Shown: positions 48,001 to 60,300 of the stretch, piece by piece
Layout of the letters: each line of letters opens with the position of its first letter
Numbering within the stretch: position 1 is the first letter of the stretch
Origin: Phyllosticta citribraziliensis
Taxonomy: Eukaryota
DNA: 64,000 nucleotides
Assembly: GCF_038025025.1 (NCBI RefSeq)
Contig: NW_027117342.1
Span: 1,798,001-1,862,000, forward strand
Direction of reading: 5' to 3'
Notes under the pieces: model-generated
The model's input: only the letters and a program-made list of their open reading frames with translations
The model's database searches: none
Told to the model about the DNA's origin: nothing
Position numbers and translations under genes: made by a program

Positions 48001-48521
48001 TTATGACTCGAGGTAAACGTAAATTCTTACTGCATCGTGACATGTTCAACGTGTAGTAAGTCTGAATTGCCAAAGCTCGGAGCGTCGCACAGAGGCTAAG
48101 CTAGCTGCAAAAGGAAGTCGCCAGCGCCATTGGCCACCCACTCACCGTCAATATAACCTACATTACTCCAGGAACGCTGCAAATAGAAGAGCAATTGAGC
48201 ATAAACATAAGCTCGAGACATTCAGCCCATGTCCGCGCTGGTAAAGACTTCAAACGATAGAGTTGAACGCCACATCCCTCGTAGCTGGTCATGGACAGCG
48301 GATGGATTCGTGCTCGAGGATCTCGTGTCAGACGTAGCTCGTTTCACATCAAAACCACCAAAAAGGATACACTCTTCCTCTGGACTGTCCACGAGGCCAT
48401 GAGTAGGAACCCGGTTGAGAAATAATGATCGAATGGTGGACTCGCTTGTGCTGGCACGCCTGGTTGAGGCGTAGTCAGCTACGTCCGTGTCTCAGACTGT
48501 TGCCTCTGCCATGATGCCAAA

Positions 48522-49253
48522 TCAATGACTGTAGCTGTAGAGATCGGCTTGGAACGACACATGTCGATTCCTCCACGGTTCGTCGGTTTCGGTTCGGCAT
48601 GGTTGCGGTGGTGGACGCTGCGACGCGCACGGGTTTGACCGCAGCGGATGAGGGTGCTTGTAAGGCCACGACTCGACCGCTTTCTTGGTCGTCACTTTTC
48701 CAATCGACTCGTCCGAGGAAGGACAGTGGACCGTGACCAAGATTGGATATGAAGTGAAGGGCGTGGCCGACTTGTGCCTGTCGAATTGCTTCGGATGGCC
48801 GTAGGTCGGAGAAACGTCACGAGAGCTGCTCGAGTCCGAGCGCAAAGACGTTTGGGCGAGACTTTCGGAACATGACACCCAGGCTGAGGATCCTTGTCGA
48901 AAGTCGACCGGTGACGAGATGGTGCACTCGGACACTGGGCGCGAACGTGTGCCTTGAGGACGAGGGCGAGGGCGAGGGCGTCCGAGGTAGGCGGAAAATC
49001 GATTGACTACTTGCTTCGACTTTGTCCGCTGTAGAATGGTTTGGACAGCCGAGTTGCGGCGGACAGGAGCTGGGTGAGAGTCGGGGGGCAAGCTCAGCCT
49101 TCGTATTTTGCCATCTGGCTCGAGCTCCCGAGGGTCCTGAGAGTCCTTTGCGAAGATGGCTGACTTTCGGTTGGTCGATTCTCTGGCGGTCGAGTCTGTG
49201 ACCTTGGCCACGAGGTTGTCCAACGAGTAAAAGGCGCTCGACAGACGCTGCAT
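48522..49253 (-). CDS. Hypothetical Ser/Arg/Pro-rich protein (243 aa)
   Basis: ATG-started single ORF with disordered composition and a short ISSPVDFR (CRIB-like) motif. Confidence 0.5.
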   Translation of the reverse strand: MQRLSSAFYSLDNLVAKVTDSTARESTNRKSAIFAKDSQDPRELEPDGKIRRLSLPPDSHPAPVRRNSAVQTILQRTKSKQVVNRFSAYLGRPRPRPRPQGTRSRPVSECTISSPVDFRQGSSAWVSCSESLAQTSLRSDSSSSRDVSPTYGHPKQFDRHKSATPFTSYPILVTVHCPSSDESIGKVTTKKAVESWPYKHPHPLRSNPCASQRPPPQPCRTETDEPWRNRHVSFQADLYSYSH

Positions 49254-50171
49254 CTTGACATGCTAGATGGAAGGGAGCTGGGGACTCGGATCAGAGCTGG
49301 CCTTGCAAGAGTAATATACAGAGATATACGATCTTGGAAGCAAAATAAACCCCCGCTTTGAGATCCCGCCCTGTAAATGGATGCTGACAAGCACCCTTGA
49401 GACCAGCCGAACGAGATACGGCGCGGGTCTGTGATTGTTATGCGTTTGGGAAAGCTCTGTCTCGCCCAATCGACTGTTTCACGTCGACGGGAGGTGTAGC
49501 AAAAGAAACAACGGCGTCACGATGCGACGGTGTGGGATGTGCAGCAGCGACAGGTGCATAGGACGAAGGCATGGCGGATGGCATCTGTGATGAGGACTTC
49601 TCGATGGGGCACGGGCAGATGTGGGATGCATGGTCCCTGGCAGGGAACCAGGGACTTGTCGAGTGAGTCGCCATTCCCGCGCAAAAGGCTCAATGTCGAG
49701 CAAATTCAAACCCAGCCGCAGCCTAAATGAGATGGCTTATCGACGAGCATGTAGATGGAATCCAATCTCGGGGCGTCGACGACTTGTTGGTGGCGACCGA
49801 GTGCCGCAAACGTGCGCGACAGTCGGAGTGGTGAAGCAACGGCGTCACGGACGTCAGAGTGGTTGGGGGCAGGCTGACGGGAGGAAGGTCGTCTTATCTG
49901 CCGTGAGAAAAAAGAAAGAAAGCGGCATGTCTTGGAGATGACGAGATGACGCAGGGCAGAAGTGAAGTAGGTGGGTGAAAGGTCGAGTGCGAGGCCAAGG
50001 TGGCTTGCGGGCGGGCGGGCGGCGGGGAGGCTTGGATCAGGGCTGTCTAGAGCCATGAGAGAAGAGTCGACCGATGACAAGCAAACTCGGGGTGGGTGCA
50101 TGTGGATATTGCAGTCGGGCCAAGGGTAGCTGCAGAGGAGCGGGCGGTTGCCCCTGCGATGCAATGCAGAC

Positions 50172-50745
50172 GAGAGAGAGAGAGAGAGAGAGGACCGAAG
50201 AAGAGTCGTGGGATTCTCGGTGCCGAGGAATGCGCATCGGAGGTCCAAAGATAGCGCAGAGGATTTCGGCACTGTGGTCAGCCAGCGAGCGGTCGTTAGT
50301 TTGTCGAGTCGAGTCGAGTCGAGGGGGAGTGAGGGTGAGGGTGAGGGTGAGAGAGAGGGTGGTGTGGTGGTGGCTCCGTCTGTGGCTTTGGCTCTGGCTC
50401 TGGCTCTGGCTCTGGCTTTCGCTCTGGCCCAAGCGACAGCCAGTGCAGCCAGTGCAGGGCAGGGCTACCACGTCGAGACCTTCTTTCCCTCTCCGTCTCC
50501 GACCCAGCTCCCGTCCCGTACTGCCTAGTACCTACCCTACCCTACCCTACCCATAAACATGCCCGCCTCCCCCAGCCCACTCCAGTTTCATCCACTTGGC
50601 GACCCCCCCAGGCCAGGCCCAGCTCCGTCTGCCTCTTTCACTCCCAACAAACTACTCCACCCCCCAGCCCGTCTCCGTCTCCGTCTCACGCCTGTTCCGT
50701 TTCCGCTGGTCCATGTCCAAGACCAAGTCCAAGTCCAAGTCCACT
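50172..50745. repeat. Microsatellite cluster: (GA)10, (GAGTC)n, (GAGGGT)n, (GGCTCT)n, (CCCTA)n, (CCGTCT)n, (CCAAGT)n
   Basis: Directly visible simple repeats in the divergent intergenic region upstream of the ATG at 50805. Confidence 0.9.
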
Positions 50746-50804
50746 CCTCCCGCCGCCACGCTATTTACCACCCGACCCGCTCGCTCGGTCCGCCAGCCTG
50801 AGCC

Positions 50805-52779
50805 ATGAAGAGGAAGTTTTCCCTCAACCTGGCGCCCATTGTGAGCCCTCTCGCTTCATTCCTCTCCCTCTCCCTCTCCCTCTCCCACCATGTCCGCCGC
50901 TCACCATGACCCGACCCAGAAGGTGGCCACCAAGGCCGAGACCAAGGCTCTCAAGGACGCTCTGGCTACCCGCGACATTACCACGCCTCCCTCTCCCCAC
51001 GTAAACCGCCGCATCCTTTCACAAAAGCTCGAACTTGAGCTCCGCAACGCCTGCGAAGCCATCTTAACCCACAACGACAATTCCTATGGCGTGGCCGCCG
51101 CTGCCCAGGCTGCCGAACAAAAGGCTGAGACGCAAGCTCTGTACAGGGCGAGGAAAGCCGCCGAAGCCGAGAGGACCATACGCCAGGCAGAGCAGGAACT
51201 TGCTGCTGGCGACGCCAAGAATGGTGGAGCCCGCCGCGAGAAGCAGCCATCGGACCCTGTTGCCCAGCTCGCGCCCAACGCATACGCATACAAACCCGAC
51301 ACTGCTTTGAAGGATCTCTTTCCCTCGGACCATGTCTCCAAGATCCCTCCGCCCCCCAGGCCAGTGCCCGAAGCGAACATCAAGGTTGCGAAAAGAGAGA
51401 ACAGGCCGTCGGAACGCACCGTTGATTCGAAACGAGAGAAACCGTCAGGCCGCGGCATGGCCAAAGACGCTGCCCACGAGAGACCGGGAACAGGCCACTT
51501 TGTGCGGGATCCTGAATCTCCCGACACCAACTACTCGACGCCGTTGAGCGGCTCAACGGACATCCAACGGCAGTTTGGCTCCACAGCCATGACTTCAGCC
51601 GAGCCTCTGTCAATCGCGTCCAAGCGAAACTCGCACCACATGCCTTGTGACGAAGACGCTGCCAAAACCGAGGCAGCTGCGGTTTCGTGGATGCGTGAGG
51701 AAGGCAAACGTTTCAAGGAACACTCTACCGTTCAGACGCAACCGCAGAAGGAACCACGTAGGTCTGGCAGCATTACTAGAAGTGTTCGATCGGAGATTCG
51801 AGACTACTTCCGACCGGGATCGTCAACGATAAGCAGGACTACTTCCAGGGAGTCCCTTTGGAGCAGAAACTCTGACGCTCTTGGCACCCAACCACCTCCG
51901 TCGCACGGATGGCGAAGTTGGGGTTTTCAACGAAAGCCAAGCCAGGAGAGCATCAACAGCTGCCGTGCCAGCGCAGTGGGTCGCTCCGAAAAGAGCGACA
52001 GTAAGAAAGAGCTCAATCTTAACCGAGAACTGCCTCCACTTCCCGGTCTGGACCAGTGGAAGGGCCCAGAAGCCGAGTCTGATGTGCACGCCAAACCCAC
52101 AAGTTCTACCCACATTGCGAATCTGATGCAAGTCCCAAAGGTGCGGTCAAGGAAGGATCAAAATCAACGAAAGCAGTCTTCCGAAAAGACAAGGCAGCGC
52201 CCGGTCGAGCCTAATGCGCACAAGCCATCCTTGCCGCGCCCACAGAACGGCAGACGGAACATTAGTACCGGATCCGATGTGTCGATGCATTTTGGGCCTC
52301 GGTGCGAGACCGAAGCCCGCGATATAGGCAACGTTGATCTCGACAGAGTCGTGTCAGCCATGCGCTATGGTGGTAAACCGAAGGCAGACGGCAACAAGAG
52401 CAATCCTTCATTGGTAGACAGTGGCCACGGTCAAGACGAAGCAGAACCAAGCCGCAAACCGAGCATGAAGATCAGCACTGAGCATACCACGAACACGGAG
52501 GCACCGAATTTCAGTAAGAAGATTACTCAGGAGGTCACATCACCACTCTCTGCAGTGGACACATCACATTACAAGAACAAGGTCGAAATCAAGGCAAACC
52601 AGACGTCGACTTCTTCACACAACATTCGAGGTTTGAAAAAGGCCTTCAGCAGCCTTCTCCTTGGCAACAAGAAGGAAAAGAAGAACGAGAACTGGATGGA
52701 CGAGATTGAAAAGAACGGCGTCAAGGGCGGCATCTTAATCCCGGACGAAGTTGCCGGCGCACCCGTCGTGCGGTACTAA
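50805..52779 (+). CDS. Conserved-looking filamentous-ascomycete hypothetical protein; exons 50805-50840 and 50920-52779
   Basis: The MKRKFSLNLAPI exon is followed by an intron (GTGAGC...GCTCAC...CCAG) that splices in frame to the 629-aa ORF. Motifs LELELRNAC, LNRELPPLPGLDQW and C-terminal WMDEIEKNGVKGGIL..APVVRY. Confidence 0.75.
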
Positions 52780-53728
52780 TTGCTGGTACTAATTTCCAAC
52801 TGTTACACTTCCCAAGACCACGACCACGACCACGACCACCACTACATGACACCACATGATACCACTCATCTGTCATTCGCTTCCGGGAGCTCTGTTTGTT
52901 TCGTCTCGTTGCTCACTTTTGTTGATTGCTGAGGGGTTAAAAAAATGGGAGAAGAGGAAGATTTGAGGGTTGGGATTGCGTGTTTTCTTCTTCTTTGCTC
53001 CCCATCATCTTCGGGCACGTTGGCACGATTGGGCCTCTTTTCTTTTTCTTTTTCGTCGCGCTTTTGCTTTTCTGGCCCGCCCACTACTACCGTCGCTTCC
53101 TGACACGCACCCCTCTGCCACCAATCCACCAACGAACCCAACCACTTGCTAGCGTGGCCGTCGTCGTCGTAGTAGTGTAGATACCCTGTACCCTTTTTCT
53201 TCTTCTTCTTTTACTCTTCGCTTCTTTTTTCGCTTCCTCTTCTAGTTTTACTTTTACTTTTACTTCTTCTTCTCAATCCCCGGGAGCAGGCAGTAATCAG
53301 AGCATGAGCAATATTCATTTACCTTTCGTGTGTGGACCAATGATGAGGAGACTGCGCCAGCAGGCCAGCCGGCCAGAAGGTCGTTTGATTGATGTCTGCT
53401 CCCCTTGTGCCAGTGTGTGTGCCTGTGCTCCCTTCTCGGAGGTTGGTGGCTCTCTCTCAACCCGTGTCGGCCGGTCGACCGTCGAACCAGTCAGCCAACG
53501 TGAGCGCTGTCGTCTGTAACGCCGTCCTTCGCCCAGATCACTGCTCGTACTCGACGTGTTCAGGTCAAGCCGAGTCGGTCGTTCATTGGACCGCGGCCGG
53601 CACGCCTCGTCCTGTCGTCCCTGTCGTCCCTGTCCCGCCCGCCCACCGTGTCTTGCGCGCCGCCGCTGCCGCCCCACCAAAGCCGTTCGCCCGTTCCCTC
53701 CTCCTCCTCCTCGCCCCATTTTCCCAAC

Positions 53729-53758
53729 GCAGAGCAGAGCAGAGCAGAGCAGAGCAGA
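53729..53758 (+). repeat. (GCAGA)6 microsatellite
   Basis: Perfect pentamer repeat. Confidence 0.95.
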
Positions 53759-54269
53759 GGCAACACGATACGAAACGGCTCGTGGAAAACGGCCATGAAA
53801 CAAATCACAACATTACCGAATTCAGCAAAGAGGGATCGATGATGCAAGGTTATGTACTTGTTTTTATACATCAACTACATGTGCCTGCTGCTACCAGATG
53901 CACCACCACACTTGCCGCCTACTGCTGCTGCTACAGCTATCATTTACGCCATTCTACCGTCCATGTGTGTATATGTGTCTAAATGCTTTGGTGTGCCATC
54001 CCGTCCATCCATCCATCACCGTGCGTGTGTTTTGTCCCATCCATCGCCCGTACATCTCCGCCACCCACCACCCACCCCCGTGTCAGGTCCGCCCGCCCGC
54101 CTGACAATGATGCATGCATACAAAGAAATACTTTTTTTCCTACACTCCCAGTACCAACAAGCGCTGAACAGCAAAACGAGACGAACAAAGGAAAGATATT
54201 AAGGGTCTGGGTACGTGGGAAGGGGAAGAAGAGGAAGAAGCGTGTGCGGGTGGGCGGGGGAGAGGGACC

Positions 54270-56641
54270 CTACGCGTCCATGTCCACGTCCATCGAATCC
54301 GCCGGATGATGTGGAGAAGCGGCGGTGGCTTCTTCGTCGTCGTCGTGTGACTTGGACGCGCTCCAAGCATGGCTATTAAAATCGTACTGCAGACCGAGGT
54401 TGGCTTGGGCGAGGCGGATGCCGAGCCACATGATGCGCTCGGTGCGGCTCTTGACCGTGCTGGCCAGCTCCAGCGCCCTCTCCTCCTCGTCGCGGCTGCC
54501 GTCGAACCAGCCCTCGGGGAAGTAGGCGTGCGCCCAGAGCTGGCCGCGGATCAGGTAGTCCTCGGGAAGCGGCCGGCGATCCTCATGCACCTCGCGAAGG
54601 AACACTGCAGATTCGACTTCGGGGCAGACGGGATCTGCTCGGGCCAGCGTGTTGAGGAAGAAGGCCAGGTCATGCCACTGGGCCTGCGAGAAAATATATG
54701 CCGTGTTGTTGTGAAGCGAAGCGACCTGCGTGAGAAAGGCGAGCAGAATGTGCAAATGGGTCAAGACGTTCTTGTCTCCGAATCGCCGAAGGACGACGTG
54801 AAGCGTGTCGAACATTAAACGACAGGCCTGCGGGAGAGCAGGAGTGGCGTCGAGGTCGAGCTCTAGAGAGTCCAGGGGAAGCTCGCTTGTCGACCATGTC
54901 TGCTGTTTTGCATTTTGGCGTTCAGTCGTTTTGTCGTGGTGTTCGTTGATTATCCTATGTACTTGGGCAGAAAACGCCCTTCTTAAATGGTTGCTTTCGG
55001 TGCCGTAGTCGAACAGACCGGCAATGTTGGCCATGGCGATGTAGGCGCCGAGTTCTTTCCACTTGGAGGTATAACGGCCAATGGCGCCATCCAGTTGCCG
55101 AGTGAACTCTTGGACTGCTTGGTCGAAGCTGTCGCGCCACGTCGGTCCTCTTTCGAACAGCAATCCGTGCGCTCTTACAAAACTAGTTTCGACTGGAAAT
55201 GAATGGGAATATGCCGTGCTCTGCCGGCCAAGAATCGGATCGAAAAGTGTCATGACGGATTCTCGCGCGCTCATAAAGGGATGAACGCACGTAAGCGAGC
55301 GACAATAAAAGTAAAGTTGCTGCAAGGCATGGGGCCTTGCGAGAATCGCAAGATGGTGGTAAAGGCGGCCCACGGAAGGGCTCTTATCCGCGGCTTTACT
55401 GTACCAAAAGCGAGCCACTCCAGCCCAGGTTTCTCGGTCCCGCAAGTCTTCGTCTTCAATGGCCATGCGGTAACGACCCAAGTCACCCAGACACTCTATC
55501 CAGGTATCCTCAAAAGCGGGGACTGTCTCGTAGAGCAATGCCATCATTTGATACGCAAGATAGATAAAACTTAGCATGTACTCGAGCGATTCCGGTAGGC
55601 GATGCCTGAGAAGTTCTAAAAAGGAGTGTATGCCGTGCTTCCACATGCGTGCGGGCATGGAATACTTGGCTGCCAGACGACGAAGTGCAGGGCTCGCCGA
55701 AGGATGTTGTGAGGCCAGGAAAAAGTCGTGGTGCTCGTTGAGAAGCGTCCTGTGCAAGGCAATGAGAGCTTGCCAATGGTCAGGCGCAAGAGGGGGTTGA
55801 CGACCTGACACGGGGTCTCTCTCAGCTTGGGCTTGGGCCTTGTCGACGTGGATGCATTTGGACTCGACCATGGTGAGGCCTGCATAGATGCTCTTGACTT
55901 CGGCGGCCAGCTGCTCCTGCGAGATCGGTCTCGAGTCGGGCTGCAAAACTAGTCCCGGCCATCGAGAATCCGACGAAAGCGATGAATCTCTCGACGACTT
56001 GGAAGGCGGGGGGACAGAAGACTCGGACAATGATGGAGAAGGCGTGTCGGGGGGTTGGGACACGAAGGACGTCTTGTCATGGTAGGGGATTGGAATGGCA
56101 GTCTGGTAATCCTGGTCCACGTCCATGTCTACAATGACGGGCTCTGGCTCTCCACCCACGAGACCGCCTTTTCGGGCGGCATGATGGAAGGACGGCTTGG
56201 CACGGGCGAAGTCGTCAGCAACGCGCGTGGTTGGTGGCGGTGCATTGGCGGGGGCGTCAAGACTCAGCCGGTTGATGTCGGGAGTCGACTGCTGCGAATG
56301 CGGGCTTGCATGTTTACGGGGATGCTGAGGCGGCAAGGTTTTTCTGTGGAGCAGTGAGTGGGAGGAGGCAAAGGTTGTACAGAAGGGCTCAAAGCTCACG
56401 CTTTGTGCAAAGCCTCGGCGAGAAGGAACTGCCTGGACTGGGGGGTGCCCTCCCGAAGGCCGCCGGAAATCTGCGAGCGGTGGTCGTGGCGCACATGGCT
56501 CAGCAAGGTGTCGAAGTGGTCGAACAAGAGGAAGCTGTCGCAGTAGGGACAGGCGAGCTGGTCAAAGGCGGTGGTGAGAGGAGGGGCCTTGGCTCTCAAA
56601 TGTCTCGTGTAGCGAGTGGACAAGTCGAGAGCCTCGTTCAT
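54270..56641 (-). CDS. EST1/SMG5-7-like DNA/RNA-binding TPR-domain protein with an N-terminal C2H2-like finger (771 aa); exons 56641-56400 and 56343-54270
   Basis: Conserved fungal block ISQEQLAAEVKSIYAGL..WQALIALHRTLL.EHHDFFLASQHPSAS..MPARMWKHGIHSFLE..WIECLGDLGRYRMA..GRLYHHLAILAR and RPLPEDYLIRG. A 56-nt phase-2 intron joins the CPYC...HVRHDH exon in frame. Confidence 0.88.
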
Positions 56642-57269
56642 TTCGTTACAGTCCGAATTTCAACAGTCGTAGGCGCCGCAGATCGTAGGGGCGCATGCAG
56701 CCGGGTTGAGGTTAAGACGACCCGTCGACAGGGCCTACCGAACGAAGCATCCGTACAGAGGAGGGACTGACGTCGATGGCGCACGGACGGGACTTGATGG
56801 GGCTCCAGCTCCAGCTCGGGCCGGTCGAGCGAGATTGGGGGCGGAAAAGGACGAGGAGGACTTGGGAACAAAACAGGGCAGAGCGGGAAGGCTGGACGAG
56901 ATATAGAGGCGGAGGATGAGACGAGAGCGGCGCGTAAGATGGATGAACGGTATCGATGGACTAGGGCCAAGCAGGCTGCGGGTGCGGTGCGGGCAGGCGA
57001 CAAGGCCGGGCGGGTGAGAGGGAAAGAGTAGCGAGCCGGGGGAGCGAAGTTGGTGGTAGAAGAAGAAGAGCGAGCAGAAGAAAGGCTTGGGGCTTTGGTT
57101 GCCTGCCGTCTGGAGAGGGGGGCGCGCTGCTGCCTGGAGGCACTGCAGTGCAGGCAGGTGTTGTTGCAGCCCCCAATAATTCAATTCAATACGCTACTTT
57201 ACCGCTCGTCACTCGTATCCTTGGCCCAAGCCGGCCTAGCTGCCTTGGCCCCCACTCCTCTCAGCTCGA

Positions 57270-57366
57270 CTCCTCTCCCCCTCTCTCTCCCTCTCTCCCT
57301 CTCCCTCTCCCCCTCCTCACCGGTCTCCTTGTCCCAGCCCTGCCTCTCTCTCTCGCGCCTCTCTTT
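57270..57366 (+). repeat. CT-rich polypyrimidine tract with (CTCTCC)n and (CT)n
   Basis: Directly visible about 0.7 kb upstream of the EST1-like ATG. Confidence 0.85.
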
Positions 57367-60300
57367 TAAACTTGCTGCCTACCGACTCACTCTTTTCACC
57401 GGCCGCCAGCCGCCTCCCGCCTCTCGCCTTCTCGCCGCTCTGAAAATAGACGACCAGAGACTCTGCATGTCAGAGTGCCGTGTAACATGACGACTTTCCA
57501 TCGAAGCACTCGTGGCTGCTTGTGCCATGTGGCTCTCGATTCTCGAATCCTTCAATTCTCCTGCCTGTTCTGTTTCTCCTCATCTTTTCCAATTCTCCCC
57601 CAGATGAGCCCCCACGACATGCACTGACTGTCCAATCCCTACCGCTCGTCGTCGTCAATCTCCATCTCAATCTTGTCCATTTTCACCGGTCCCTCACCGA
57701 CTGGGGTTGCTCAGCATCTCGAGTTCTACTCGTGTCTCTCGAGACGCCGTCCTTTGGCCCGTCTGGAAGGAAATTGCCCGACTTGCTTGACCCCCCGAGC
57801 AGACTCCGAAGGCAATCAATCTTCCACCCAACGACATGCCCTCAGCTTATGCTGACCTGTCGAAACGTGCTCATCCTGAATGATCCCTGTGACGTTTGAT
57901 CTGCAGAAACCCCAGCCTAGGCGCAAACACTTGCAGATGGATGCAGAATAATAACAACATGTCCCAGAATCCTTCGCACTACTTGTCCATGCTCGGCTCC
58001 AAAAGAAGCAGAGGCCAAGCAAAAGGTCCAAAAAACAAACCCTGCGGCAAAAACAAAACCCAACCATTTCGTCCCCCAACTACTATAGGCCTTGACAACA
58101 TGCACAATCAAACCTCACATCTTCACTGCTGCCCGCCTTGCGCGCTCTTACACAAGCACACACACGTAAAGCTTGACCGGCCTTCCAACTAGGTAAGCAA
58201 CTCTGGGTCACGAGTGCACATGTCCTGTGTAGCTACACGCGCGCGCGAGCGGATGAGGCAGCAACCACGGTTGGTCTCCCGTCGTCTCGTCATGCCGTGT
58301 TATCATCACCCCACACCCACCCCGTGCCGCAGCAGGATCGCATCGAGGGGGTTGATCGGGGAAGCTCTTGTGGGTGCGAGGTCCGGTCCGCGCAAGCAAA
58401 GCATGCAACCAAGCAGCACGCACGGTAGAATGGAACCGCAGCGACGGGTCACTCACGATAGAGATAACTTAGCCCCGGCCAGCTAAGGTAGGTATGTAAG
58501 GTCTGTGGGCGGCCTCCTGGCGGGGCGGCGCAGGAGACGTCACCAAAACCACCAACCACTGCCGCTCCTCGATTGTCCTTTTGGCCCCCGCCGGCGCCCC
58601 GTGAGGGATCCTCCTCCTTCTGCCGCTTGCTGCTTGCCTCTCGTTGAGATGATGCTGCTACTGCTTTGTTTTGTTTTGCCTCGGCTTTGGCCTGCTTGCC
58701 TGATTCTCGATTCTCCACACACACATACACAGGCAGCAAGCCCGTTGTCGCTGCGTTTCTGCGGTTTGTTGTTGTGACCTGTCGCATGGGGCGTCGACGA
58801 CCTGTTGTTTCTAGAAGCCCATCACCACCACCCACCTCATCCTCATCATCCTCCTTCTTCTCGTCAGGCAGCCTGATTGTGTATGCCTTGTCATTGTCGT
58901 CGTCGTCGTCGTCGTTGCTCACGCCAAGGTTGCCCGTCTGTCTCACAGCGTCCGGTGCTGGCTCCTGATCGTCTCTAGTCGTCGTTCGTCGCCCTCTCTC
59001 ATGCTCTTTCTTCGTACTATCCTATCCTTTCCCCCCTGTGCACGACCAGGCCAAGGCAAGACACCGCGAGGCAAGGAAAGCAAGGCAAACGAGACGGATG
59101 AACCCCGCCCAAGGCTTGCTGTCTCGCTCGCTCGCTCGCTTCCTCGCGTGCCCAATCTCGTTTTCGGCAAGCAGGCAAACACGTTTGCGCTGCGTCGCAT
59201 TGCGTTGCCTTGCCGTCCGAGTGGTTGCGACGACATGCGAGCGAGGCTCTGGCTGGGCTGGCACCCGCCAGCATTCCAACCAACCGTCCATCCATCAAGT
59301 AATCAGTGTCATTCAACAAGCTGCTGCGGCCATTTGTGTGGGCACGTATGTAGTCATGCAGGAGACACCCAGAGCCAACCTAACCCAACTTGGCCCAGCC
59401 CAACCAACACTTGACAAGCGGACGATTGACTGCCTGCCTGCTTGTCCGTTCTGTCTGCCTGTTTGTTTACACGCGCCTCGCTCATGCCTGCCTTTTCGCG
59501 GCGTGTACGGCGGGTGCGGCGAATGCGACGGCAAAGCCGGCGGCGGTGGCGGCATCATCTCCATCATCATTCTCAGCAATATCAGCAACATCAGCAAAGG
59601 CACAGGCAGAGGCAGAGGCGCAGAGGCCGTTGGCACAGAGAGATACGACGAACAGGCAGTCAAGTAAACAGACAGGCACCACCTGCAGACCCGAATGAGA
59701 GGACACGAGAAGTGCGAACGAACGGTCGTCAGCTCCATGTAGGAAGTGGCAGAGAGGAGTCAATGTCAATGCCCACCGCCCGACCGCCGGCCTGCCTGCC
59801 TGCCTACCTGCCCCCAAGCCACCAGAAAGACTCAAGCAAAAGAAACAAACACAACAACACAACGGCGGCCTTTTGAAAGGCAAAAAGAAAACAAATATCG
59901 TCATTCCCCCGCCCGGAATCGAACAGAAGGCGGCTGTTCTGGATTCTAAGCGAGTTGAAGGAATAACGCCTTTCCTCAAGTGCGTCGACGGTCGGACGCC
60001 TCCTGGTTCCGGTGCTAAATCATCTCGCTTTTGCAAATTATAACCTGCCTGCCAGATCATCAGGCACCCACCAAGAGCCGCCTGCGATGACGAGGGACGG
60101 CGGCCGTGATTCCCGTGACCGTGACCGTGACCACAATAATGAAAATGAGGTGTCCGACATGCGCGCAGCCCAACCCAACCCCCAGAAGAACCTCGCTCCT
60201 CCCAAACGCCAACGGGCAACTGCCACGCGCCAGCCGCCAACACCCAAATTCCAATATCCAATAAACCTCCCAACCCATATGTAAAAAAGGACTCGAAGAT

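Noticed and set aside
50531..50552. (CCCTA)n as an interstitial telomere
   Set aside because: It is a pentamer rather than the CCCTAA hexamer, and one of many adjacent microsatellites.
49700..50560. ORFs with WLWLWL/SQSQSQ/VRVRVR runs
   Set aside because: Translations of microsatellites.
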